Positions 1 through 13,763 of a DNA stretch of 64,000 nucleotides are shown one piece after another. This stretch comes from the human T2T-CHM13v2.0 reference genome, Homo sapiens, in assembly GCF_009914755.1 (NCBI RefSeq), contig NC_060930.1; one strand, given 5' to 3'. Both the position numbers and the translations under genes were made by a program. The notes under the pieces are model-generated. The model was given only the letters and a program-made list of their open reading frames with translations, did not search any database and had not been told where the DNA came from. Position 1 is the first letter of the stretch. Each line of letters opens with the position of its first letter.

Positions 1-1279
1 TTGGGGTATAGTGGAATTAAATTAGAAAACCTATTTATCAACAAAAAGACATAGACTTAGTCATGCCTTACATATTTTTCAAATTACCCAGTTTTAGAAT
101 TAGTCATTCTTAATAATTTTTTTTTTGCGATTTCAAGATGTTATAAAGTAGAAGAGTTCGTACCTTCCCATCTCAAAATTTGAATAATAACTGTTGAATG
201 AAAAAAAATCTGATGGTGATGTCTGAGGAGAGAAAAAGGATTCATCATCAAGGAATAGTGTGGTATTCTATGAAAAGCATGTCAAGACGGGGGTAATTAG
301 AACTTCTAACTACTCAGGTTTTTGCCATTGGATTATACTTTTATTGTTATTACTGTTAGTAATCCACACTGAATACAGTGTAATTATAACACTATTGCTT
401 TATAAAGTGAGAGTTAAACAGCCTAGACTCCTTACCTTACCTCTTACTAACTTTCTGCATTTCAATCTTGTCAAAAGACACCAGAAAGCAAACTTATCAA
501 GCATTCTGTAACTTCCTATTTTTACCACTATCACTTTGTCATCACCTCTGACTACAAATTGGTTTGTATCAGAGAAGGTTTAGATAATGAGTCTAGATTA
601 CAATAAACAGTCTGGTTCTTTGAATTATAACTGTTGATAAGGCAATCATAATCATTATTTTCTTACAAAAAGAAAACTATAAGATAGACATACAGAGGGC
701 AAAGCAAATAAAACCATTTTCTTTATATTGCACATGCGTGTAGTAAATAAAAAATAATATGAAAAAATTCGTAGTGAAACAACACATTTATAAAATGTGA
801 GAGGTTAACATGTTTTCTTGCTAAAATAGCTCAACAGCATATCTCTTAGAAGGAAATGTGTAGTGTCACCTCAAGAGATATTTTGGTCAAAGTAGCTAAT
901 GAATCATGAATACAGGCAAAGAGAAAAATAAACTATGAGCTGATCTCCACCACTGTATTTTCTCAGAGGCTTTTCAAACATTCTTTATAACAGCACACAA
1001 TGAAACACTTCTCAAGAAGCATGAGACAATTTTCTGAGATATATAAAGATCCTTCCCTTAAAAAAGTGATGAAGTAGGGGGATTTGGCTTTTGGCTTTTG
1101 CCCTTTTACTATAGATTTTTTATGTCCTCCAGTCACTCCTTTTTAGTGTTCATCTTGAGGAAACATGAACCCAGGGCTTGTTGCCTCCAGTGATTGTGGT
1201 TTGTCATCTGATCTCTCATTGATGAGAGATGTGTCTGAGTGTGGTGACCAGTATCACACCCCAGCACTAAAAGGAAGCA

Positions 1280-1465
1280 AACTGTATGATTGACTAAGTA
1301 TCTTAATCTTCATGTGCCTTTCTGAATCTGTAAAAATTGGTTAATAAGAGAATTCTCAATTTATAAATACTTAATGGCATTAAATAAAATCATATTTACT
1401 AAGCATTTAGAGCAGTACCCACAAAATTTTGCTCTATGCAACACTATACATAAAAAATATTATTA
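1280..1465 (+). mobile_element. MIR SINE remnant
   Basis: Degenerate MIR core: ctaagtatcttaatcttcatgtgcct...tctgtaaaaattggttaataa...aagcatttagagcagtacc. Confidence 0.6.
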
Positions 1466-2075
1466 TGCTCATGGTGAGTCAGAAAGCTTTCAAGGCCCCT
1501 TTTAAAATTCAGATCTTACCTTTTAGATAATTGGCCTGGAATTATATTGCATCTGCTCCTTTAGATAGTATAATAAAGAGAAGCATATATCGATGGCAAG
1601 GATAAAAGTTTCTAAAATTAGCAAAATGAGTAAGAGAATAAAGTGTTGAATACTATAGTCTTTCATAAAAGTCAAAACTAGTGAGCATTATCATCCAATA
1701 AATCTTGCCTATACTGAGTTTGATCATAGCTTATGATAGTGAAGATTGTCTTTGAGATAAATTGCTTTTTGTTTTTGTCTATCAGGAAAAGCAAACAACT
1801 TAATTTTAGTTGTTATAGATGAGAGTCCTTGTAGTCAGGTCATAAATTCACTTTGTGAAAGAGATGAAAAGTCAAAGAATCCAGAGACACTGAAAGACAT
1901 GACCACGTTTTATTTGTAAGGGGCACAGATGCTCCATGGGGAGAAAAATAATCTACTGATAGGGTTCTCAATTCCACACTCCAGAGTGGACACATAAGTG
2001 TGTTTCTTCAAAATGGGCAATAGAAAGCATCATTTATGGTATTCTGATTATATATTTTCTACTGTTTACCTACTC

Positions 2076-2344
2076 CACCTGGCCCAGCCCTAAATCTTCA
2101 TTGTGTTCTCCAAATATATAAATCAAGGATTTGTGAGTGAGGTAGAGTAGAAAATGATGGCATCTATTGCCTTATAATATGGTTTAGATCTGTGTCCCTG
2201 TCCAGATCTCACCTGGCCCAGCTTAAATCCTCACTGTGTTCCCAAAATATATAAATCAAGGATTTGTGAGTGAGGTGGAGTAGAAAATGACTGACTCTAT
2301 TGCCATATAATATGGTTTGGATTTGTGTCCCTGTCCAAATCTCA
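2076..2344 (+). repeat. ~134-bp tandem duplication (2 diverged copies)
   Basis: cacctggcccag...aaatcaaggatttgtgagtgagg...tgtgtccctgtcca.atctca starts at 2076 and again at 2210. Confidence 0.95.
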
Positions 2345-2716
2345 TGTCAAATTGTAATCCCCACTTTTGGGGACTGGTGGGCGGTAACTGATCATGGAGG
2401 TGTTTCTCATGTATGGTTTAGCACCATTCCCTTGGTGCTGTTCTTGTGATAGTGAGTTCTCATGAGATCTGGTTGTTTAAAAGTGTGTAACACCTTCCGC
2501 CTTGCTCTCTTTCTGCTCCTGCTCCCACCATGTGAGACCCCCTGACTTCCCCTTTGCCTTCTGCAATGATTGGAAGCTTCCTGAGGCCTCCCCAGCAGCA
2601 GAAGCCACAATGCTTCTTGAACAACCTGCAGAACTGTGAGTCAATTAAACCTCTTTTCTTTATAAATTACCCAGTCTCAGGTATTTCTTTATAGCAATGA
2701 AGAACAGACTAATACA
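2308..2716 (+). mobile_element. MaLR solo LTR, MST family (MSTA/MSTB-like)
   Basis: Starts t(a)atatggtttggatttgtgtccc, ends aattaaacctcttttctttataaattacccagtctcaggtatttctttatagcaatg...ctaataca. Confidence 0.9.
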
Positions 2717-3182
2717 TATACTACACTCATAACATAGGTTCAGAGATTATTAGACTTTCTCAAGTATCTCATGTGACTTAAGAGGCCCACCATGTGGGCT
2801 TAGCTTGTCCAGAGATTACTGTATAGGTGTGCAATAATGGCTCTGATGATGGTAGCACATCATTGCTGCTTGAGAGCTCAAGAGCGATAATATCTACAGT
2901 CATCTGGTTAAATAATGGCATTAATAGATCACATTCTTAGGGGTATCACGTGGCAATTTAGATAAGAGTTTGAACATTCATAGGCATTCTACATCTCTAC
3001 TAGTGCTCAACAAACACTGCTGGTTGTTAGCAATGACCAACAACATTGTTCACAATATTATGCATCAGAATATTAGACAGAAGTTTAACTAAGATGTTTG
3101 GAAAAACTTAAGATCCTAAACCAAGTAGATAAAAGGTAACATCACTTATACTCAAAAACTTATTACATTTTGTTTTGGAGAG

Positions 3183-3475
3183 TGTGAAAGACAAAATTCA
3201 CAAATGGCCCTAAGATCACCACCAAATCTGGTTCCCTTAAACAAGGGTTGGCCCTAAGATCACCACCAAATCTGGTTCCCTTAAACAAGGGTATCACTGT
3301 AAAAATGATACAATTCATTCCAGTGATTAGGTTATGTTACATTATAAAGATGCAGTTTTGCAGATATAGTTAATATCCCAAATCAGCTGACTTTGAGTTC
3401 ATCGAAAGGATGATTATCCTGGACCTCTCTTAATTAGGTGAACCCTTAAAAGGGACTCAGATCTTCCTGAAGGTA
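3183..3475 (+). mobile_element. MaLR MLT1 (MLT1E-like) LTR 5' part
   Basis: tgtg...aaatggccc start; gattaggttatg...ttttgcagat...cccaaatcagctgactttgagtt...gattatcctgg...aggtgaacccttaaaag. Confidence 0.65.
3205..3292 (+). repeat. Perfect 44-bp tandem duplication
   Basis: tggccctaagatcaccaccaaatctggttcccttaaacaagggt at 3205-3248 and 3249-3292. Confidence 0.97.
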
Positions 3476-3549
3476 GCCTAATCAAGTGGCTTGAACAAAG
3501 GATAAAAAAATGCTGATATGTCTCAAAACATATCCAAGATAAAACTAGT

Positions 3550-4087
3550 TCTCAGCACCTCCACAGCCACAACCAGTTCAACTTATCATCATCTCTGGCC
3601 TAAATTACCACAACAGTTTTCCAACTGGACATCTAGAACTTCTCTTTCTTGTAGTGTATTTTAATGAAGTAGTTAACTTGATCTTATTAAAATAGAAGGT
3701 ATATTATATTAATCCTGCACTCAAAATCCTCCAATGACTTCTAATCTCTCTCAAATAAAGCTAAAGATTATAACACCCTGAATGTCTAACTTCATCTCCT
3801 ACTTGGTAGTCTCCCACTCACTCACTGGAATACTCCTTTGCACACCTCTAGTTCCCTTTTCTATTTTATTTTCAACCAGATAACTTTTCAGCATTTAAAA
3901 TACCAAAAATTTATTATCATTATTATTTGTGATTTCTGTCTGTCTCCTTATCTTGCTGCACCCATGACCCACTGAAAAGCAAACACCATGTGACCAATGA
4001 AGTTAGTCTGTTTTGTTCACTAATAAATCTTAAAGTGCCAAGAACAGTCTGGGTGACAGAGTTAGCACTTACTCAATATTTGTTGAG
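3550..4087 (+). mobile_element. L2 LINE 3' remnant
   Basis: catcatctctggcctaaattacc...caaaatcctccaatgacttc...tctgttttgttcacta...gtgccaagaacagtctgg...ctcaatatttgttga. Confidence 0.7.
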
Positions 4088-4814
4088 AAAAGGAATTAAA
4101 ATATTCATTTCCCAGGAAATATTCCAATAAAAAGGAGATGAGACAGTACTTTTTGAAATGAGTATATTCTGCTTAGAGAAGACATTCTTACATGGATATT
4201 TTTCATATACAAATTGTCTATCTTTTCCTCTAAATGTTTAGAATGGCATGTTTGAGTCCCCAGTATAACAGTGAAGAGATGTCTCAGGAAGATTAAAAAT
4301 AGATGAATAGTTCCCCTGCAGTTATTTTGATGTAACTTTGTTCTCTACTCCTATACTCACAGGAGGCACTCATAAGCTAATTTCAGAATATGATTCTGAC
4401 CTGGATTTGAGGCAGTAGCTGACCCTATCATTCCCACTAATTTGCTAATCATTTGAGGAAGGAATGTATCTCATGATCATAGTGAACAATAACAAGTATC
4501 TAGGGGCTATCTTGAGTGATCATTTTCCTCATTTCTGCATTATATCTAGAAATGAACTAAAGAGAGAAACCGATATAATTACAACAATTAAGGACTATAT
4601 ATGCAATGTGTCAATTTACATTCAGGCTGCCACCTTCGTATTTTTCATGTTATGCCAGTGGCAGACCATAAACAATTGTTCGGCAATACCAAAGAAAGAG
4701 CAGAGCTGGACAAAGGTTGAGAATAGGCCAAGGCAAGCAAAATGCTGCAATGTGCAGAGTCCCTATTGTAGCAAATATATCTTATTTTTTTAATATAATA
4801 GTTTAAGGAAGAAA

Positions 4815-5830
4815 CATGAGCAAGATGTTAGAATAGGAGGTCCTAGTTTTTGGCCTCCTCAGAAACACCAATTTAACAATCATTCATGGATAAAAATACC
4901 ATAGTGAGGATTTCAGAATCCAGTTGAGATGTTTTCAGGATACCAGTAGAGCACAACATATGAGAATAGTCACATTGAAAAGGAAAGAAAGAACTCTTTC
5001 ACTTTACCCAGGTCTCCTCTTCCTCAGGCAAGCACTAATCAGTGCTGAGATAGGCCTTCTTGGCCTGAGATTTTGCCTACAGGATAAACAAAGAGTTAAG
5101 TGATCATCCAACTTTGCCAGCCTTTTGGGACATTGGCTGAGAGGTTCATTTCTGCTTACCTTACCAAGAACACTGAGGAAACTGGCATAGCTAGATCACC
5201 TGGGTGCAATGAATTTGTGGGAGCTAACAACACCTGGTGCCTGGCTTTCAACAACCTGTCTGCTAACCCTGTCAACCAGCCAGGCTGACCAAGAACCATC
5301 AGCCAAGCAGCCAAACTGTGGACCTCAACAGCTGGCCCATGCAAACTTCTACTGCCAGCACCCACAGCTGGAACCCTATGCAGCCCCATAGTCAGTGCCC
5401 CATGCTCACCAGCAATGAATGCTTTCTGGGCACCCACCTGTGAGTGCACGCCCCCACAGACAGTACGCATGTGCCCACACAGACAGCATATATATCTCAG
5501 CAGCCAATGTAGACATCAGCAGCTGGCTCGACTGCAGGATTGGGAGAAGGTGCACAACTCTGAGACTGCACCTTCAAGAGGGAGAAGGAAAAGTGGAGAT
5601 TGCAGCAATCATTGCTATACCTCAGTGCACTGTCCTAGGCAAAAGGGGAGAGCAATTCTCAGCACAAGATACAGATCTGTGGGACAGGTAGAAGGCACAC
5701 AATCCCAAGATGTCTCCTTTAGGAGGGAGAAAGAAAAGAGGAGCTTGCACCTAACACCATTTCAGCAAAATGCACTAGAGAAAATCTCATTCACCTGGAG
5801 ATGGGAAGTTTGGCTTTACCTAACAGGAAG
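4815..5830 (+). mobile_element. Old L1M 5'UTR fragment
   Basis: gagcaagatg...aataggagg...aatttaacaatcattcatggataaaaatacc...cagaatccagttgaga resembles L1M 5' ends; CpG-depleted GC-richer block follows. Confidence 0.55.
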
Positions 5831-5901
5831 GTTTCTTCAAGACACTCCTAGGAGGGAATTCTGCACCTATTTTCAATTGGCCTATGTTAGAGTTATGACA
5901 C

Positions 5902-6288
5902 TGTCTTAGTGTCTTGTCCATTCATGCTGCTATAAAAAAATACCTTAGATTGGGTAATTTATAAATAATAGAAAGTTATTTCTCACATTTTTGGAGGCCG
6001 AAAAGTCCAAGATTAAGGTGCCAGCAGATTTGGTGTCTGGTGAGGTCTTGCTTTCTGTTTCATAGATGGTGCCTCTTACTGCATCCTCCTTTTGCAGAAG
6101 GACAAAAAGGACAAAAGGGTAGAACTCATTCCCTCCAGCTCTTTTGTAAGGGCACTAATCCAATCTATGAGGGTGGAGCCTTCAAAGCCTAGTCACCTCC
6201 CAAAGACCTCACCTCTTAATACCACCATCTTGAAGTTTAGGTTCCAACCTATGAATTTTGGGAGGACGCATTCATTCAAACTGTAGCA
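5902..6288 (-). mobile_element. MaLR solo LTR, MLT1A-like
   Basis: tgtcttagt...gctgctataa...aagtccaagattaaggtgccagcagatttggtgtctggtgagg...gggcactaatcc...atgaattttgggagga...ttcaaactgtagca; near-TSD gacac/gagac. Confidence 0.88.
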
Positions 6289-9200
6289 GAGACGTGGATT
6301 TTAGAGTTTGAATCAGAGTTTTACTGAGTAAAGTCCTTAATCACATATTCAGTGAAAACAATGCAGCTGTTTAAAACTGATGATAAGACGGGAAGTCCTG
6401 TGCGTAAATCACATTTGGTGTTGATTTTGTATGATTTCCTACACATATATATACAACACACGATATGTATTCTGGTTTAAATGAAACATTTTACAAGTAT
6501 GCCTAATGGAATCTAACAAATCTAGGAACTGAATGCAAGAATGTATTCTAAATAGTTTCTTACACCTAGAGAATATTCTATAGAAATTGAAACTATTTTG
6601 CATGATTTTAAAAAGTACATTATGATGAAAATGGAAAATTAATTACAAAATTTTCTATCTTTTTCTCACTTTAGGACATGCCACTTATAAACTCCTAATT
6701 ACCCGAACTAGAAAAGATGAACATTCGTTTTAAAATTTGCAGCATCTTCTTTCCATACTCTCTAAATGTTTTTGGAATTACACCTTTACAGGAACTGTTT
6801 CACAAATTTCAAAGCAGTATAATTATTCCTGTGGTAGAAGGGATACTACGCTGAAATGCAACATTCTGCTTATAGTCCTCTTATGAAACGTAAATAAAAT
6901 TAACACGAAACAACAATGTTACCATTTAGTATACCTTTTTTTTGCCGTTGTTAATTGAGACATAGAGTAAACTAAAATTCTTTCAAAGTAGCAGTAACTA
7001 AAAACATACACATAATCACACTTCCTCATTTCAGAATGTTAGACTGCTGGAATTTAAAAGCAACCTTTTTTACACTTTTGATTGAGTAATCTGAGTGTTC
7101 ATTGAGTACTTATAAAAGATTAATGACAAGCCAGCATGTGAACACCTGAACTAACCTTTCACTAATTAGTTTTCCTGATCTCCATGACATCCCCAAAGAG
7201 AATAAAAGCAAAGAAATATAATGGCAAATACCTTCTTTTTCAATGGGTAAAACTTGAACTACATATTTTACTTTGAACTATCTTAGAGCCTTGTAAAATT
7301 CATCATCATAAAGAACAATTTGCAATTATACAATGTAGTCATAAGTCATGCTTACTAGGTCTAAAATAGGCAAAGTCCTATGTTTATTTCAAAAACTATA
7401 CTAAAAATTCTATGTTATAGTAACTTTCAATTACAAAGTAAACTAAAGTATGACCTGAAACCTATATCAGGTAGGAAGAATTTGAGTGTGATTTATAAAA
7501 GTGTGATGTATTTACCCAGAGATATCTATGACTTATTTATGACCATTATGGACAAATGTAAAAGTATTGCTTTTTAAAGTTTATGTTTTTAGACCACTAA
7601 TAATTTTTGCGCTTTTCCCATATAGTTGATTCAAGTTTTCATACCATTTTGTAGTCATTATATATGCCTCTACATGCTTGTAGGTATGTATGTTCTATAT
7701 TACACACACAAATATATATATGAGAAATATGTAAATAATACATGAATTCTATCCAAAAGCACAAAACTCAAGTAAAAACCAAGTAAGACCAAGTGAGATA
7801 ATTTTTAGCCTTTTAAGAGTGATTTCTTGCTTCATTTTCTAACTTTCTATTAGCTCCTTGTTGTGAATCCAAAATTATAAACACATCTATCCTAGTCTAA
7901 GAGAACTACCTAAACGATATCCTATTTTTTTCAAAAAAGTTTTATACAGCTGCTACTTTCATGTCTTCACTCAATCTTATGTATCTGTTTTACGTATCAA
8001 TCAACCTATCTTTCACTCATTCTTAATCTTATGTATCATGGCTTTATCATGATCGATTACTCTCTTCTAAATAAAATCTTAGCCCTTAAGGTCAGAGGGT
8101 TTGGTCACCCATAACTGGAATATCTCCAAGTTCAGTAACTTGTATCCAATACAAAAAACTTTTGCTGTGAATTTATCCTGAGCCACACAGATATTCAAAA
8201 TTGAATATATTATTCTTCTCCTAACTACATTTTTATACTCCACATTGAACTGTTGTAAATTCTGTATTTTTCAATCTCTTCTATTGGACTACAGTTTTCA
8301 CCAGATACTTGATAGTAAATATCCAGTTTCTGAAAAATACTATGAACTCAAGATTCTCCTAAAATCTTGACAATTACTATAGTTAATGTAGTTACTCAGT
8401 TTTTCCTAAATGCTCCTGTATGCTGTAGGCATCCTTTCCTTTAATACTCCAATAAAATTACTAGTTTCCACATTCCAGAACCTTTCTCCACTTACTGTTT
8501 CTTGTTAAATGCAGCATTGGGCTATTGGTGGAATGATGAGTGTTTACAAACATTGGCCTGGTCAATCAACACTTCACATTTCTGATATATCCTTGTTATT
8601 TCCTAATATATGCTTAATTCAATACCTGCCTTTGTGCCTTCACTTACCTAGTTGAAAAGAATGTAATTTTTTTGGAAGGCAACATAATTTTACTGAATGT
8701 TTGTAGATAATGAAGGATGACTAAAGCTCAGAACCAGTATAGAACTTAAAAGTCAGTATTAGACATCAGGGAATATACGTTCCTAAACTCTTTACTCCCC
8801 AGACAAATTTTCACTGGTAACATCCAAATTACAAGATTTTCTACCCCTATGAATATCCTCTTTTAACTTGTGGAAAAAAGCCAAAATTTCTGTTTGATAG
8901 ATTTTTTTTTCTTTGATCCCTCATCGTAGTTTCAAAAGTGCAATTAATTGATCTTCTAGAACAATTTTATCCTTAAGTGTAACCCAGCTGGCCATGTAGC
9001 AGAAACTCTAACCAGTATTCAAGCTAAGGCATGATGTTTTATTCCTTACATTTGACCCTCCTTGTTAATCTGAAGTCAAGCCATTAAAAGTTCAAGACTT
9101 TATAACCCTAGCATCAAATCAGTTTGACCAGGACTCTGTCTAAGTCATGCATTGTGTTTTGGAAGATTAAACTATATATAACACAAATACTTCTTATTCA

Positions 9201-9329
9201 TTTCCACATGAGGGCCTTCATTACTTAAGACAGTCTTTAACCAACTAATCCTAATTCAAAAGAGTGAAAATGCAATCTCTATTTCTCTGTTTTCCGTTCA
9301 TTCATTGAAAGGAATATTAACTGATAATT

Positions 9330-12290
9330 CTGAGAGGCAGAATTTGGACTAGCTTGAGAATTAAAAACTCTGGGGCAAGGGCCCAATCTTGGAATCCCCA
9401 CACTTACCTGCATTTTACCTCCAGGTTTCCCATCAGTTTCTCACTTTGAAGAGCAGAAGAGAATTCCCTCATGCTTCTGAATTGAGGTAGAGAACAAAGG
9501 GCCAACTCTAAAAGTAAACGACTAGAACTGTATCTGATCAGGGGAAAGATAATGGCTCAACTCCAGCTACTCTATCTTCCTCTTTCACTTACAGGGAGAA
9601 AAAAATGAAACACATTTCTAAAAGTCACATCCCAGGTATGCTTTTTCACCATGACATACAACAACAAAAATGGAAACTTAATCATCTATACAATTTATCA
9701 ATAATCATTTAAATATGAAAGGTCTAAATACTCTATTTAAAAAATAGAGAATAAGAGAGTGGATTTTAAAAATCCACGAAAATAAAAACAAAAAGATTCA
9801 ACTGTATGTTGTCTCCAAGAAACTCACAGTAAATATAAAATCACAGGTAGATTGAAAGTAAAGGGATAGGGAGAGGCATCCCTTTCTTTAATAAAAAGAA
9901 AGCTGGAGGAGCCATATTGATTGCAGCCAAAGCAGACTTCAGAGATAGAAAGTATTATCAGTAATAAAAGGCAAAGTGTCCAAGAAGACATACAGATTCT
10001 TAATGTGTATGTTCAAAAACTAGTGTCAAAATATGTGAAGCCAAAACTAGTAGAACTGCAAGTAGATAGGCATATTTACCATTAAAGTTGAAGACTTCTA
10101 ATGTCCTTCAATTAGTAATTGACAGATTCAGAAGCCAGAAAATCAGTAAAAATACAGTTATAATGAAGAACACAATAAGTCAACTAGGTCTGGCATCAGA
10201 ATATTTCATCCTGCACCAAGAAAATATATTATTCTCAAGCTATCAAGGTACATTAATCAAGACAGACCACATTCTGGGTCATTAAAAATAAACAGCAAAT
10301 TTAAACTAACAGAAAGCATACAAAGTATGCTCTCACATCATAATGAAATTAATTACAAAACAATAATGAAAAGAGATCTAAAATATCCCAAAATATTTTG
10401 ATTAGATTAAGCAGAGGCACTTCTAAATAACACCTAAGACAAAAAGAAGTGTCAAAAAAGTAAAAAAAATTTTTGAATTAAATAAAGATGAAAATAGAAA
10501 TAATCAAAATGTGTGGGTTATAGCAACAGCAATGTTTACAGGGAAATTTGTAGCATTGAATGCATATATTAGGAAAATGTCTAAAAGAAATAATTTCAGT
10601 TTACACCTCAGGAAGTGGGATAAAGAAGATAAAATTAAATCCAAAGTAAAGAGAAGAAAAGAAATAATGATTAGAACAAAAATTAATAAGAATTACACAA
10701 TAAAATCAATAAAAAATTAATAAAACCAAAAGTGAGTTCTTTAAAAGATTAATAAAATGGATAAACTTCTAGCCATGACAATTAAAAGGAAAAAAAGAGA
10801 GAACATTCAAGTTACTGATGTCAAAAATAAAATGTGGTCATCAATACAGATGCCATGGACATTGAAAAGATAATAAAGAAATACAGGAAACTATGTTCTC
10901 AAATTCAATAAATTAGTTAAATTACCCAACCTATTGAAAGACAAAATCCACCAAAACTCATTCAAAGAGAAATAAATTATCTAATTTTGTCTATATCTAT
11001 AAAAGATAGATATAGAGAAAAGGTAAACTACAGACCAAAATCTCTTACAAATGTAGATCCAAAAATTCTCACCAAGATTCTAGTAAATCAGATCCAGTGA
11101 TGTATAAAAATAAGTCTATACCATGATTAAGTGGGATTCATTAAAGATATGCAAGGAAGTTTCAACATTTATAAATCAATTAATGGAATCCATCATATCA
11201 TCAGACTGAAAAAGATAAATCACATTATCAGATAAACAGATGCAGGAAAAGCATTTGGCAAAATTTAGCATCCATTTTTCAACAAAACTCTCACCAAACT
11301 AGAAATATAGGAGGACTTCCTAAACCTGATTAAAAAGCATATACTATCAACCTTCAGCTAACAACATATTTAATGATTTAAAAAAACTAGGTTATTTCTC
11401 TCTAAAATGGATAAGGCAAGAATGTCTGCTCTCATTACTCTTATTCAATATCCCACTAGGAGTCCTAGCTAAAATAATAAAACAATAAAAAGAAATAAAA
11501 TATATAGATTGGAAAGGAAGAAATAAAACTCTCTTTGTTCATAGATGACATAATTACCTATGCCGCAAAGCCCAAAAAATAAACACAAAAATATTCTTGA
11601 ACAAAGTGAATACAACATGTTGCAAGGTGCAGGGTTTATATACAAAATTCAATTGCCTTACTTTATGCTACAAATGAACAGTCGGAAATTAAAAACAATA
11701 TTTGCATTAAAATAAAAATAAAATATTTATATGTAAGTATAAGAAAATGTGTACCAGATCTATGTGAGAAGATCTATAAAACAAACACTCATGAAAAGAA
11801 TAAAAGAATATCCAAATAAGTAGAGAGATATTTCATGTTCATGGAGAGTATTCCATGTTCATATTGAGGAGGACTCAATATTCTGACAATGCTAGTTCTT
11901 CCCGGATTAATCTATAGATTGATCACAATTTCAGTCAAAATCCCAGCATAACTTGGTTATGGTTATTGCCAAGCTGATTATAAAGTTTATAAGGAAAGCC
12001 AGAAGACTCAGAATAGCAGACACAATATTGAAAAACAACAAAGCTGGGACTGATATATGACTTCAAGACTTACTATAAAAGTACAATAATAAAGACAATA
12101 TGGTTGGTATTGGTGAAAGAATAGACAAATTAATGGAACAGAATGGAGAGCCAGAAATAGACCCACACAAATATAGTAAACTGATCTTTTAGAGCGGGGC
12201 AGAGATAATTAAGAGAAAGGATATTCATTTCAACTATCCAGTTGCTGGAGCAACTGCACATGCACATGAATAAAGTGATTCCAGACACAA
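9330..12290 (+). mobile_element. L1MC-type LINE fragment: 5' segment plus most of a degenerate ORF2
   Basis: ORF 10088 (..GTLIKTDHILGH) and ORF 10511 (..GKFVALNAYIRK) are L1 ORF2 endonuclease-region remnants; RT-region sequence follows to ~12290. Confidence 0.88.
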
Positions 12291-13589
12291 GTGGAAGCCA
12301 AAATCTATAAAATGTTTTTAAGAGCTATGGATCCATTAACTATATTAATTGCTTCTCCACACTGAAGTCACTAAATGATAAAAATACTATATTAAACAGT
12401 TTTGTGTAAGCCATTTTGATTTTTTTTAAAGTGGAAGAAGTTGAAGACTTGGAACTACAGAATCTACATTCATATTAAAACATTTTCAAAACTATCATGA
12501 TTAGCTTTTTGGATTAGCTTTTTTTATGACTGAATAAATTTTTCATAGTAAAAAATATATTATCTTTTTTCTTACCTTTTTTGTGAAATAAGCTCGTATG
12601 GAATGCAGAGTGCTGTTTAAGGTCCCATATAAAATTTGAGTCCATTTTGTTAAATCAAGGTCCATTTACTCAAGATTACTGTCTTTAGACTGGGGAATAT
12701 TACCATCCTGTCCTACTTTATCTTATAAAGGCAAGACACCTAGTAAAGTGAGTATAGTCCCTTTTACCAATAGATATTATGTAATGAAGTAAGAAAAAAT
12801 AAATGACACTGGCAAAAACAACTCAATTACAATGCATTTTTCAATTGAAAAGCTGTAGAACATTTATTACTTAATAGCATAGTACTGTACAGGCTTCTCT
12901 GAAAATAAATGATTGGCATATTACATGTATTAATGTTACCCAGCTATAAAGTTTAAAACCTTTTAAATAAAACTATGTATTTGTGGTGACGTTGCATCTC
13001 ATCTATAAATTCAACATTTAATTATGTGCCAGGAAATTTGTTGGGCCTGGTATAAGAAGATAAATAAAAATTTATTTGTCTTAGGTACTTGGCAATAATA
13101 GAGTGGAAACAAAAGAATCAAACACTACAATAATTTCAATAATATGCAAAATGTTACTAGTTTCCAATTTTATCTGAATGATAATTGGACTATCACCCTA
13201 TGAGCATATTATGAATAAAAAAAGAATGTTATTCCACAGAATTTGGAAACATTGCAAATATCTGGAAGCATGAAAGAGGTTGTGTTCAGTGTGGTTGGAT
13301 ACTAAGTTTAAGAGAACTGAAAGCAGTAGATTAATATGAAGGGATAAATTGAGTCCTCATTAGATGAGTATTTATATATGGCTACTTACCACTGAACCAT
13401 TCCTATATGACTCAGGATCCCAGTAAATGAACCATAAAATAAGAATATTGGGGCTGTGCATATATAGTCTCTGAAAATTCAATAATAAAATGTTTGAAGA
13501 AGATTCGAATGTGTTATCCAAGCAGGTAAACACACATAGCAGTATCTTTTTTGTATCAAAATAATAATACATTTCAAAAGAATCATACT

Positions 13590-13763
13590 TAGATACTCTG
13601 AGCAGGGAGGTGGGAGGAGATAGAAGAGCAAAAAAGATAACTATTGGATACTGAGCTTAATACCTGGGTGATGAAATAATATGTACCACAAACCCCTGTG
13701 CCACGTGTTTATCTATGTAACAAACCTTCACATGTACTCTAAACCTAAAATAAAAGTTAAAAA
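13590..13763 (+). mobile_element. L1PA (old, ~PA13-16) 3' end, heavily 5'-truncated
   Basis: ggagggtgggagg-like block, aactattggatactgagcttaatacctgggtgatgaaataat...acctaaaataaaagttaaaaa. Confidence 0.85.

Noticed and set aside
3205-3292. Direct repeats as a CRISPR-like array (also 52488-52568)
   Set aside because: No spacers, only 2-3 copies, eukaryotic context.
5100-5909. Cluster of overlapping ORFs up to 164 aa
   Set aside because: Lies in a GC-richer old L1 5'UTR-like block where stops are rarer; no recognisable protein family.
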